Assembly (NCBI RefSeq): GCF_009914755.1
Contig: NC_060928.1
Reading direction: 5' to 3' (one strand)
DNA length: 64,000 nt
Origin: the human T2T-CHM13v2.0 reference genome, Homo sapiens
Within the stretch, counting starts at the first letter, position 1. Every line of letters begins with the position of its first letter. Position numbers and translations under genes: made by a program. The notes below the pieces were generated by a model. That model ran no database searches. It had not been told where the DNA came from and worked only from the letters and a program-made list of their open reading frames with translations. This document shows, in pieces, positions 12,925 to 26,290 of the stretch.

Positions 12925-15697
12925 TATATGAAAATATTTCAAAAACCTAAAAAATATGCTACTGCAAATTCGTATAACATACAAAATTCTATTAATATGT
13001 CCTTTACACAGCTTATTTTGATTATTAGGTGAGTTAGCCAATATTTATTTAAGAAAGAAACTTGGTGGTGGATAATATAACATGTGCCCAACTTAAAACT
13101 CAATCTGAAATACATATTTTCACATACTAAATGGCTATACATGATATAAATATTGCAACATTGCTATAAAAATTACTATGGATTTTTTATTAGGCCATCT
13201 AGGAGGAAGTTATTTAAATATACAGTTTCATTAAAGTAAAAAAAAAAAGTTAAACCCACAAACCAAAGGGTTTTAGCAAACAACAAACACAAATCAGAAA
13301 CATCACAGTATAGTCCAAAAATAAAAAGGTGAAAATTAAGTTATGAAAGTCCAATAACTAAGAACAAACTTTTTTTAATTACAATTCCTAAATCACGCAA
13401 CTACCTACCACTTACAAGAACTACTGCTACAAGAACAAGCTTTCTTATGTTTCTAACATGGCACATTTCTGAATAGCACTTAAAAGCTATTCAGGGGCAC
13501 ACAGGCTGAACAATTAGAAGTCAGGGAACTGCCCTTAGCTAAAAAATAATCGTGTGTTAATAGCAAAGTAAGTGTCTGAGATCCCCAGTAAACATTAACT
13601 TGGCCTCAGATGATGTTTTGACGTTTTACTTGACTTCTGATCCTAGTTCAAGAGTAGCAACTAGCACCAGGGGTGCTTTTGTCACCTTTGAGGCTGATGC
13701 CAAAGATCCTCTAGAACCTACACATTAGAGCAAACAGCATATTCAATAAAGAGGCACTCCTCCCAAGAATAAACATAAGACTTCTTGTAGCAAAGCCAGG
13801 TAGCTTTCAGTGACTCAAAGCAAACAAAGCAGTTCTGAAATTAGATGTCCAGATCTCATTCACTGACCTAAAAACTGCCTATGCTTCTCAAACTTATTCA
13901 AAACTTGGTTCATGGTATACATTTAAAAAGTTTTTAATATATTTTAGTCCCTAAAAACAAATGTGGGATATTTTTTCCTATCTTGACCACTAATTTGTTA
14001 TCTGAATTAAACATGTCATTCCCCATAGACCACCTTCCCATTTTAAAAAATTTTTATCTAGAAAAATATGTAAACGAAAGACAAAAAAACTTTAAATTCT
14101 GAAATAAACAATTTTAAATGACAATAACATTAGCAAAGAAAGTTAGCATATTTAATCAAAAAGAAATTCCAAGGATAATGTACTAAGTGTGTGGTCTATG
14201 TACGAATGCTCCTTTGCCTAGAGTTACTTTCAAATTTCACAGCTTCCAAACTAGCACTTCCCTAGTTATCAGTGTGGAGTGTGCCTTTAATTCACAGTTT
14301 CAGTAAGTACAATAGTTCTTAAAACTATAAAGTGTATAACATCTCAACTCCAAAAAAATATATTTTATGTCAAGGAAAAATGTCTCAGGTAATACTAGGT
14401 TAATGCTGTTGATACAATGTTCTAGAAAAGTTTTGCCTCAGGGATTGTTCATTTTAGATGAATCTGACTGCCTCAGGGACATCCGAGGAGAATATCAGAT
14501 GTTGCCAAGGGCACCTCAGGCAGCCTTACTGGAAGACTAGGAGGTTGTCTATAATTTCACACTATACTGTATGCCATGAAAGGCTATAAATATTGTCTTG
14601 ATATTCTAAAACCGATTCTCAGCAGATGCTAATACCATGTGCCAAGGCAATTAGCAAGCTCGTATTTCAGAGTATCTTGCCTATTGTACCCTATGTAAAT
14701 ATTTTGAAAGTCACAAAGTAGTTTGGTAATAGAAAAGCAAAAGTGAGCTGTGATTAACGGACTATCAAATTACTATTTTTAGGAGGTATATCTAATGTTT
14801 TACCAGTATTCAGGCGCACAATGTCTTGCAATGTTTTACATATCAGAAGACAATTAATTAGATTGAGTTTTGGCATTTTTGGTTCCTTTCTCATTCCTGT
14901 TAAATGAGCTTTTACTTATGCTAAGAATAAAGAACTCACAAAATTATCTAGAACACTCAACATAAAGATTTCAAGTTGACTGAAAGATTTATTTTAATTT
15001 TCGTTACAGAATATTCCATATAACCATTTATTTCACATACTTAGTATAAAATTTGGCATTAAGTTCTCTGTAATTTAAAAATAAATTACAGAAATCATTG
15101 AATTTTAATTTACTCAAATTTATATTTTCTTCAGTGTAGCAGCAAATTAATTTTGCTTTTTTGCTAAAATCTCCAAAACAGAACCCATGTTCAGTGTTAT
15201 TGTTCATAATATCTTAAATGAAATTCTAGACGTAGAGGACTTCAAAATATATGTAGACAACAAAATATTCTTAAAAACTTACATATATTCCAACCTATCT
15301 TATATATGATAGGATTTCATTTTTTTAAGTCAATAACATTACATCTCTCTTTGATATTCAACATGGAAAACAGAAAACTATGTTTTCTACTAGGACAGAG
15401 ATTGCTTGGTTTTCTCAGAACCCAGTCAACAATGGTTACATTTATGTTGTATTACAAATGATATGTATGTTGATTACGTATGATAGTAAGTTGTGAATCC
15501 TAGAATTTAATTAAAGAAAATAATTCCTTTTTCCATTTTACATAATTTGATAATAGGAAGAAGTCAAATTCTCTTCAGCCAAGAAAAGGAGGGGGTGGTG
15601 GCACAACTGTAGAAATTAAAAATTAGGCACAGTAACACTTAAAAAACAGCTTCTGAAGATGTTAAACTTCTAATCCAAACAACAGATACTGTAAGAA

Positions 15698-16007
15698 CTT
15701 TTTTTTTTTTTTTTTTTGAGACAGGATCTCACTGTGCCATCCAGGCTGCAGTGCAGTGGTGTGATCACGGCTCACTGCAGCCTCTACCTCCTGGATCAAG
15801 CAATCCTCCCACCTCAGCCTCTTGAATAGCTGGGACAATAGGCATGTGCCACCACACACAGCTAATTTTTTTTTTTTTTTCATTTTTGCTGAGATGAGGT
15901 CTGGCTTTTTTGCTCAGGCTGGTCTCAAACTCCTGGCCACAAGTCATCCTCCCACCTTGGCCTCTGGAAGTTCTGGAATTAACAGGCGTGAGCCATCCCA
16001 CCCAGCC
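15698..16007 (-). mobile_element. AluJ
   Basis: T tail then gagacaggatctcact...gatcacggctcactgcagcctc...caagcaatcctcccacc (J diagnostics). Confidence 0.9.
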
Positions 16008-16398
16008 TAGTATTTCTTTTAACAGCTATTTCTGACCACATAAGATATTCAGACCTGCACTTTGATATCAAAAAAGGTCAGTAATAAAAATGCCAGTAAT
16101 ATGCTGTTGCCAAATATAGTACCTCTGTAGGGATAAACATTACTATTTGAACAGTATGTGATTTGAAACTACTGACATTTGTAAGACTAATGAAGGACAG
16201 GCAACTAGAAGTTTCCTACTGCAGCTTCAAGATATACTGATCAAATTATAGCAAGATCATGGTGATTCTGTATAAAGGACAATAAATTCTAATACAAATT
16301 GCAAACCTTAATCAATTCCTTGGTCTAGCAGGTAAGAAAATAGACAGTCAATGTGACCGTTTAAAAGGACCAACTTTATGTCAAAAGATAGAAAACCA

Positions 16399-16920
<522 letters not shown>

Positions 16921-16924
16921 ACCA

Positions 16925-17782
16925 AAAAGGAAAACATGTAACCCAATTAAAAATGGGTAAAGGACTTGAGCAGACATTTCTTCAGAAATGCTGTACAAGT
17001 GGCTAACAATTATATGAAAATATGCTCAACATTTCTAATCATTAGGGCAATGCAAATCAAAACCACAATATCAACTCACATCCATTCAGATGGCTACTAA
17101 CAACAACAACAACAAAATGTAAATTAACAAGTGTTAGCAAGGGTGCAAAAAAATTGGAACCCTTATCCATTGTGAGTAGGACTGTAAAACAGCGTAACCA
17201 CCACGGAAAACAGTATGGCAGTTCCTAAAAAAATTAAAAACAAAATTATCAGATGACCCAGCAATTCCACTTCTGAGTATATATCCAAATAACTGAAAGC
17301 AGGATCTTGAAGAAATATTTGCATACCTATGTTCATAGCAGCATTATTTACAATAGCAAAGAGGTAGAAGTAACCCAAGGTTTTTTATTGACAGATAAGT
17401 GGACAAATGTAAAATATACATACAATGGAATATTATTCAGTCTTTTAAGAAAAAGGAAACCCTGTCACATGCCACAACATGGATGAAACTTGAGGATGTT
17501 ATGCTAACAAAAGCCAGTCACAAATAGACAAATACTGTTGTTCCACCTATATATCTAAAGTAGTCAAATTCGTAGAAACAAAAAGTAGAATGGTTGTTAC
17601 CAGGGGCTGCAGGAAGGGCAAAATGGGATGTGGTTAAATGAGTATAAAGTTTCAGTTCTGCAATGAAAAAGTTCTGGAGACTGGTTGCAAAACAATGTGA
17701 ATATACTTGACACTACTGAATTATACACTTAAAAATGGCTAATATAGTAAATTTTATGTCGTGCTTTTTACAATTAAAAATT
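16925..17782 (+). mobile_element. L1M (MA/MB-type) 3' end: ORF2 C-terminal remnant plus 3' UTR
   Basis: aacccaattaaaaatgggtaaaggacttgagcagacatttc...atgcaaatcaaaaccacaat...gacccagcaattccacttctg...acacttaaaaatggctaa. Confidence 0.9.
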
Positions 17783-18736
17783 ATATAGATTTATATATAA
17801 ACATATATATTACATATGAATATATGAATATATAATATATAACATGTATGTTATAGATTCATATATGAATATATAATATATATACATGTTATAGATTCAT
17901 ATATGAATATATAATATATACACATATGTTATATATTTATATATAAACATAGATATATATTATATATTCATATATAAATATATAAACATAGATATATATT
18001 TATATATGAATATATAAACATATAAACATAGATATATATTGATATATGAATATATAAATATATAAACATAGATATATATTGATATATGAATATATAAATA
18101 TATAAACATAGATATATATTGATATATGAATAAATATATAAACATAGATATATATTGATATGTGAATATATAAATATATAAACATAGATATATATTGATA
18201 TATGAATATATAAATATATAAACATAGATATGTTTATATATGAATATATAAATATGTAAACATATAATATATATTATACATATTTTATATGAATATATAT
18301 TATATTTTATATATGAATATATATTTTATATATGAATATATAATATATTATATTTTATATATGAATATATATTTTATATATGAATATATATTTTATATAT
18401 GAATATATATTTTATATATGAATATATAATATATATTTTATATATGAATATATATTTTATATATGAATATATATTTTATATATGAATATATAATATATAT
18501 TTTATATATGAATAATGTATATTTTATATGTGAATATATAATATATAATATATTTTATATTCATTTATAAATATATGTATATATTCATTTATAAATATGT
18601 ATTTATATATTCATTTATAAATATGAATAATCATATATAAGCATATATATTTATATATGTTTATGTATATTATGTTTATATATAAATATATATTTATAGA
18701 GGGAGATATTATATTATATATAGAGAGAGATATATA
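17783..18736. repeat. AT-rich minisatellite: 40-bp units (~17940-18260) followed by ~21-30-bp tatattttatatatgaata units
   Basis: tataaacatagatatatattgatatatgaatatataaata is repeated exactly at 18021 and 18061, with near-copies around. Confidence 0.95.
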
Positions 18737-18829
18737 TTAAAGTGGGATAATATATTTAAAGTGCCTAGCATATAACACAGACCCAAAACAGCATTAACAG
18801 ATGAAGAAGCATTACTCTTCTGTGTTTAA

Positions 18830-18970
18830 GGACAAAGTCTTTAGAGCCAAAATTCTACTACTGGAGAGAGCCCTGACTGATACTAGCTGTGTGATCTTGG
18901 CCCTGAGTTTCCTCAGCTGCACAATGGATTAACAGTTGCACATTCCATATGGGGATATTACTAATTAATA
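18830..18970 (+). mobile_element. MIR fragment
   Basis: tactagctgtgtgatcttgg...ctgagtttcctcagctgcacaatgg. Confidence 0.65.
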
Positions 18971-18984
18971 CATTTTTAAAAACT

Positions 18985-19118
18985 AGTCAGGCACAGTGAA
19001 TCATGCCTGTAATCCCAGCACTTGAGGAGGCCAAGGTAGGAAGATCACTTGAGCCTAGGAGTTCGAGACCAGCTTGGGCAATATAGCCAGTCCTTATTCC
19101 TAAAAAATTAAATTAAAA
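18985..19118 (+). mobile_element. FLAM / Alu left monomer
   Basis: Single arm: gcctgtaatcccagcactt...gatcacttgagcctaggagttcgagaccagc, plus A-rich tail. Confidence 0.85.
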
Positions 19119-19979
19119 GTGAACTTATAATACTCCTTGCATGTGATATGCTGTATTAAAGTGCTTGTTATTATTATATTATTATCAATTTCTAGACAAG
19201 GAAGAGTCTGTCGTATTTTTATTATAAAATTTTTAGTACTTACCTCATTTGATATTTTGGGTGAGTGCATTTTTACCATCATCATTCTCTACAGCCATAG
19301 TGAGTCAAATTTTGAGTACCCTATTCATATATAAAATACAGACTATTTGTGGATTTAACTTATTTTTAAAAGTAATTTGGTTAGAAAACAGCCATTAATT
19401 AAATTAAAAGATTTTAAAATTATTTCCATCAAATATCTAATAAAGTTGTATTTATAAATTCTGACATCATAGTTTTCTAACACATATTTTTTCATTTTTA
19501 TTATCTTTGTCATCTTGCTTACTATATACATGTTTAGTGCACTATTAAAGACATTGTGTTTAAACTTAATTACCATAGTTAGCTGGAATTTTCAGAGAAT
19601 AAAATAGGACAAAAAGAGGAATCCATGAAAAAATAGTATGGAAAAGTTAAAATAGAGTTTATTTGTCCTTGCATATTCAAAAATGTAGATAAAGATGTGG
19701 GATATTTTACTGATGAAATGCTATAACAATCTGAAAATAGAAACATTAACATATAGTTCATTCTAAATCCACATAAAAAAGCTTAAGAGAATGCTGTGGA
19801 AAAAGAAGCAATTTTTGTATATGCCACTCGTTATTTGATTGTTTAAAATAGCCATGTATACCAAATGTAAGTTTTTTCCTAATTAATTTCCTAATCAACA
19901 GTAAACCAAGCTACCAAATGTTCAAACTTAACAAAAAAGATATATAATACAGATAAATGCAATAAAAAAGTACTTAAAC

Positions 19980-20281
19980 TTTGTTGTTTTTTTTTAAGAC
20001 TGAGTCTTGCTCTATTGCCAGGCTGGAGTGCAGGCACATGATCTCAGCTCACTGCAACCTCTGACTCCCTGGTTCAAGCGATTCTCTTGCCTCAGCCTCC
20101 CGAGTAGCGAGTAGCTGGGATTACAGGCACGTGCCACCACACTCAGCTAATTTTTGTGTATTTAGGAGAGATGGGATTTCACCATGTTGGCCAGGATGGT
20201 CTCGATCTGCTGACCTCAAGATCTGCCCACCTTGGCCTCCCAAAGTGCTGGGATTACAGGCATGAGCCACCACACCCATCC
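19980..20281 (-). mobile_element. AluS (Sc-like)
   Basis: tgctctattgccaggctgg...ccaggatggtctcgatct...gggattacaggcatgagcc. Confidence 0.9.
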
Positions 20282-21854
20282 AAAACTTTCTTTTCTATAC
20301 TGAAATAGCATAATTTAAATAATCAATAACTATTCTAATCAAACAGTTATGAAAACAGAATACTGAATTTAATTATCTCTGTTTTACAACAAGAGTGATA
20401 ATATGGCTTAAAAGTTTCCAAAATATACAAGCCACATATAAAAACAGGAAGAATCTACCTCACACAGATTAAGATTATTATTATTTATTCAACATGATGC
20501 TTTTAAAACCAATAAATGAACTAATGAAATATAATAGTGCTATTTCTGAAGGAGGGAATAAAAATTTTTATTAGGCCATTATTCTTAATTTACAAATAGA
20601 AAAATCTGCAATATATATTTGGAGGTGGGAGACAACATTTCTGATTCAGACCATTATTTCCTCGATAAAGGAAACAGCTTGTGAGCAGAAAATCGAAGGC
20701 CAGATGACTTCTGGTGGAAGAATATTAGGGAAAGCATCAATCCTTTGGGAGAAATGACATGACTGCAAGGGAAAAATAACTTTATGAAGACTTTTTACCT
20801 ACCCTTTTACCTTACATATTTGTATACTATATTATTACTATTATTAAATTAATTATGTGTAACATATTAAGCAAAATTATATAATCATCCCTTGTAATAT
20901 AATCATGCCATGAATATATATGAAAAATGATAAATAAATAGGAACGTTTTTCTGTAGCAAGTATGAAGATGGAAAAACTCAAGGATCTCTCCAAAAAACA
21001 AAACCTGATAGACAGTGCAACTCACCATCTCTGTTTATGATTCAGTTAAGAAGTTCAGGCATTCTAATTGCCAGTAATCTCGCATGTTAAGAAAAAAAAA
21101 AATCTAAAGAGTAAAGCCTGTATGGGAATTCTGGCAAATCTGATTTGCTGCAGTTTTTATTTCCTAACTGTCCCAGAGATACTAGAACCAAAAAGATTGT
21201 TTTCTTTGCTTTCAAGCCTAAGAGCTGCATGAACCTGGCAAGGGTGTCACTTCTAGTATTATTTCAGCAAAATGTTGTTAGTGGTACTTTCCTTTTTCTG
21301 CATCGGAGGAAATACACCAGTAACAGCAAGAAAATATCCTGTTCTTTAACTAAGAGATGTGAGAAGTAAATTCTGATTCTTGCCCACCAATCACCATTAA
21401 TGCCTTAACACAAGGAATTCCATTCCTATGACCAAAGCTCTACAGCTCAAAAAGATTTCACAGAAGTCATGCTAAATGATTTCACTAAAGGAAAACAGCA
21501 TTGGTAAGTAGATTCAGTCTCTCCTTAACATGGTAGCTTTTTGGACACTCTGCTTTGGTTTTGACCTTCAAAATTTCCTTTTAGAAATTAGCACTCTACT
21601 ACTTACTACCAAACTCCTACATCTAGAACAGTAGGTACTAGGTGTCATAGTTTTGGCCCAGCAAGCACTACTCAAGCATGTCCATCATGGCTAAGAGGAT
21701 ACTGGGATAATATGGAATTTGGAAGAAAGATTGATTAGGGAGGCAAACAACTGACAGGCAATGATAAAAAACATTCCCATCAGAGGACACGGGGATGGAG
21801 ACTGAGAATATTTTCAATAGATATTTAGATGATTGAAAGAGCATAACCAGATAC

Positions 21855-22250
21855 CGTAGTTACCAACATTTTCTCCGAGTATTGAGTATCGCTTGCTTTC
21901 TTTTAGTGCTGATCATTCCCATTAAAGATTAAATTTCCCAGTATCCCTTGTAGCTGGGTGTTGACATGTAACCAAGTTCAGGCCTGTGGGATACAAGTAG
22001 AAGTAATGTGTGATGACTTTCAGGTGAATTCTAGGACAAGGTGATTGTCCTAGATTTTCTCTTAAACGCCTCCTGTTAGATAGGAAATGGCCATTAATAG
22101 AGAAGCTTGCTTGAGGGAGTAACCCTGAAAGCCCAGGCCTGGACACCCGTTTCTTGATGGTCTCATGCTTGCAAAAGAGAATTCTATCGTTACTCGGGTA
22201 CTCTGATTCAGGGTCTCCTTTCTGCAGGAACTTAACCTCTCTCTAACCAA
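21855..22250. mobile_element. Ancient ERVL/MaLR-class LTR (LTR33/LTR16-like)
   Basis: tttcccagtatcccttgtagctgggtgttgacatgtaaccaagttcaggcc...agaagtaatgtgtgatgacttt, a motif typical of this group. Confidence 0.55.
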
Positions 22251-22769
22251 CGCATTGGCAGTTGTAAGTGAGGTGGAAGAGAAAGAAATAAATCTGAACT
22301 GTCAGTAAAGTATCTGGATTTACCTATATAACCATTAATTGAAGTTCAGTAGTTGAAGAAGAAAGGGAAGATGCTAGTGCTTGATATTACCTATTAGGCA
22401 GCAAAAATATTTAAAGATGTTAGAGCAACACAATTATGTTGTTGAAGAGGAACTGTGGAAAAAAGAATTGAACTAATTGGCCAAGGGAGCACCATGATGC
22501 ATGTCATTGTCATCTGCTGTTGACCATTCTAAAACTGGACACGACAGCTTAGACACGGCATTTCTATTTTGGCAAGTTTTGGAACTTATAGGACTAAAGT
22601 GGTTCAATACTTATAACTTTATATTTTATAAAAATTGAATTTTTATTTAAATTACAAAACTGGGCTTGAGGTGGCCAGAAATTGAACTGGCCAATAAAAG
22701 ACAACACAGCTCTAAAAAACCTTTAGGTAAGGATTTTTCAATTGGCAATGTATTTTGAATATAATGTCA

Positions 22770-22960
22770 CCTCATTTAGTAAGTATTTTCTAGTGATAAC
22801 TCTGAGACAATTATTGTGGTAATGCTAGGTGAGTTGTAGGATCATGGAGAGGAAGGGAGACTACAATCTGTAGCTGTAGGGAGTTCACAGTCTAATGGGG
22901 TGTCCAAATCTGTAAACTAGAAGAGGTAGAAAGAATAGAAAAGATGAAATGATTTTCATA
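22770..22960 (-). mobile_element. L2 3' end fragment
   Basis: tcatttagtaagtatttt...gggagttcacagtctaatgggg. Confidence 0.5.
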
Positions 22961-25900
22961 AATGAAAAAAGACATATAAATACTCCAGGAGCTTACAGGA
23001 CTTGGATAGTATTTACAGAAGTCAAAGATCAGCCTTTAAAAATAAGTACATAAAATGAAATAAAATTATGACCCAGATCATGAAAACTAAAGTTGTGTGA
23101 GAACATAAAATGTCACTCTGAGTCACAATCATAAGATCTAAAAGCATCCAACCCCAAAGTCTTACTGTCAGAGTAGCAACATAAATGCTCTATAGTGGTA
23201 CACGATGTTCCTTTTGTATATCTAGATAAAAAGTTTAAATATATAATCCCAAGCAAGCTGACTAGCTGTAAGAAACAGAAAAGCACACTGTGTCCACACA
23301 TGTAACAGTAAATGAAATCATCTCAAGTTATAAGATGCAGAAAACCTAACCAGGAAAAGAAAAGAAATAAATAAAGAAACCTAACATGTCTTAACATTTT
23401 GGGGGTGGCTAGATGGATGTTGGCTTTCTACTCAACATGTTATGTGTAATAACTATACACATATCTGGTGCATACAAAAAACCTATAGCACAATATATAA
23501 TTGCCTCTGTTTTCAGATTAATCTGTTGTCAACTTGACATACACACATAACACATATATGTAGATATACATTTATGCAAGAATCTACGCACATAAATACA
23601 TATAAACATATACAACATACATAGAGTAATTTGTTTCTCTTACTTACACTTTTACACTTAGTTACACTTTTCTAGTCATTGACTGGAAGTTATGAAAGCT
23701 AGAGGGTTAAAAGTATTGCTTGCTTCTCTTTAATTTCTGTTAGGATAAACACATAGAAAATCGAGTAAAGTTTTGTGATCAATTCATACCTCCTGACAGA
23801 GTCTGATAATGTGATACCAGCTCTAGCTAAGATTCCCTTCAGAAACAAGCAGATCAGTGGACATTCTCTGACCTGCCTTCCTTCGTCATGTGATAACCTG
23901 ATGACAAAACCAAACTTAAATCCTGACTGGCAAGCAGGATAGTGGTTGTAGTAGCAGGTTTAAAAAATAGGAGTGTGGAGTTTGTGCTGTGATCACGGCT
24001 TAACTAGGATCCTGATGACAAAAACAAGAGTCAGGATGCTGCCAGAGCCTAGCCCTTTGCTGCTGTGGTTACTCACTGGTCCCAGAATCATCAAAGATTG
24101 CCTATTGCTTCTCTTAAGAGGTCAGTTGCCTCTCTCCATTAAATCTCCCCATGATTTAAACAATATGAATAATAGTCCAATAAAAATATTACTGCATGCT
24201 ACAGTCTTCACCAGCTCTGATCTGCAAATATATACACTATATTCACAAGCTTTTAAGAACTAAACCCAGTGCCTGTAATCACCAAAAAAGCAAAAGAAAG
24301 AGAGAAAAACACTCATGATAATGCACTCAATTAACTGTGAAGAATTCCCAAGAAATGCCTATGTTCTCAACTACAGTGAAATATAGGTAATTATTACCAC
24401 AGTTACAAATGTTGTTTCATAGTGAGAAACACTGAAAATGTACATTTTCATAAGAATTGGATATCCATTATTGAGAAAGCATTCTTAAACAGAGAGAACA
24501 GTAGTTCACTTTATTAAATATATCCAAATTACAAATAAATCTTTAATTTTATTTTTGATACATATTGTTGAAAAGTATAATAGCACAACTTTGTTGCCAG
24601 AAAGGAGGATCCCTCAATGCTAAGAGTATGCCTGTAACTCAAGAAATATAATCAAGGCACATCATAAACCTAAACAAAGTACTGAGAGAGCATTCCTTAA
24701 AGATTCTCATTGTTTGAATTTTAATGGCCTGTAGAGCCATAGAATACTTTATTTGGAGTAGACATAGAAACAAATTGTTGTATTTACTTTCTAACAACAG
24801 TAGAAGTTGATAGACCCTCGAGAATCTTTACCCCTCTGTAGCCCACTAAGTTCCAGGAAATATCCCACACCATCATCCATTATCTCTTAAATAATCTGTG
24901 CACTTAAGAACCTCACCTTAGATGAAAAAGGCAAATAAAAAGAAAAAACAAATTAAGAATGTTCTGCTTACTATTCAACACCCACAAATCAGATATTTTT
25001 TAAAAGTCAACTTATAATTTGAGTGCCTCTGAGACATGTCAGCCTGTATTTTACATTTTCTCAATATTCTACATGTTCTTTAGCTTACATTAAGGTTAAA
25101 TCTGTAAAGTTAAACTGTAGAACTTTATTATTACGTTAAATATACCCAAAGGATATTAAACATCACTTAAGGAATAAATGTAAACTGAAGTTGATTATGG
25201 TTTCTATAACACTAGTGGTCACCATTCCTTAAAACAAAAAGTTCAGAATGAGCCCCAGGTATTTTTATTGAAAAACAAATTTAATTTAATCTAGAACTAT
25301 TTGAATTTCCATTAAAGGGTACAATCCTGTTTTTATTATATGAGTTACTTAAAAATTAGCATGGCCATCATTCCTCTTTTTTCTAAGTTTTTATTATATT
25401 GATTCCAAAATACAATATTTGAGGGCTTCTCATATTTTATCTTTTTTTGTCATTCCTAATTAATTTATGTATTTCAGTGAAATCAATAATAGATAATTTT
25501 GATAATGTTATTATACCATGCATTACTAAGTAATTCATTGGTTCCAAATTCCATACTCATTTATTACATGATAAAGGGTATGGTTTAATTAAACTATAAA
25601 ATATAAATATTTGAAATATGCAATACATAAGCCACTCGAGCTAATAATTCAGTTTCCTCATAACGATGCTGATTTCCAATTCTCCTAATATATTCACAAG
25701 AATGGGATGAATGAATCCTTTACTCCTGCTCTGGGAGAAAGTAATGGTACCCCACAATTTTCCCACTGAGGAATCTTGTGTACTTAATTTTATCACTAGT
25801 CAACAGAGCCCCCCACCAAAAAAAAAAAAAAAAAAAACCAGCATGTAACCAGTATATCTACTGAATATATACCACTGTTGAGGGAGTTCTTATTTTATTT

Positions 25901-26218
25901 TATTTCAAAATCACATAATTATAACCTAAGTAAAGCATGCTGGTTCTATCTACTGTACTTATGTTTAAATGTGTTGACTTTTCTGTATCTTTAGATTAAG
26001 TGAAACTTGTATGCTTTCCTAAGACATAGATATTAAAATCCTTATCAGAATTTTTATACTAATAACCAAATAAATTAATAATTTTCAAAACAGTGAAAGC
26101 TCTTTATGTCTATAACATTAAGCATCGTACACTCCAAGCGTCCTTCAAAAGGACAACAAAGGTAACAAACTTTATTCAACAGACATTGCTAGCATAGAGC
26201 AGTCAAAAATACTTGAGG

Positions 26219-26290
26219 TTTCTCCTGTGTTAACACCTACTCATTGCAAGCTTGTTTCTCCTGTGTTAATACCTATTCACTGTAAGCTTG
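26219..26290. repeat. 36-bp tandem duplication
   Basis: tttctcctgtgttaacacctactcattgcaagcttg / tttctcctgtgttaatacctattcactgtaagcttg (4 mismatches). Confidence 0.9.

Noticed and set aside
17960-18225. Repetitive Tyr/Ile-rich ORFs, or a CRISPR-like array
   Set aside because: These are translations of a 40-bp AT minisatellite. There are no unique spacers and no cas genes, and the DNA is eukaryotic.
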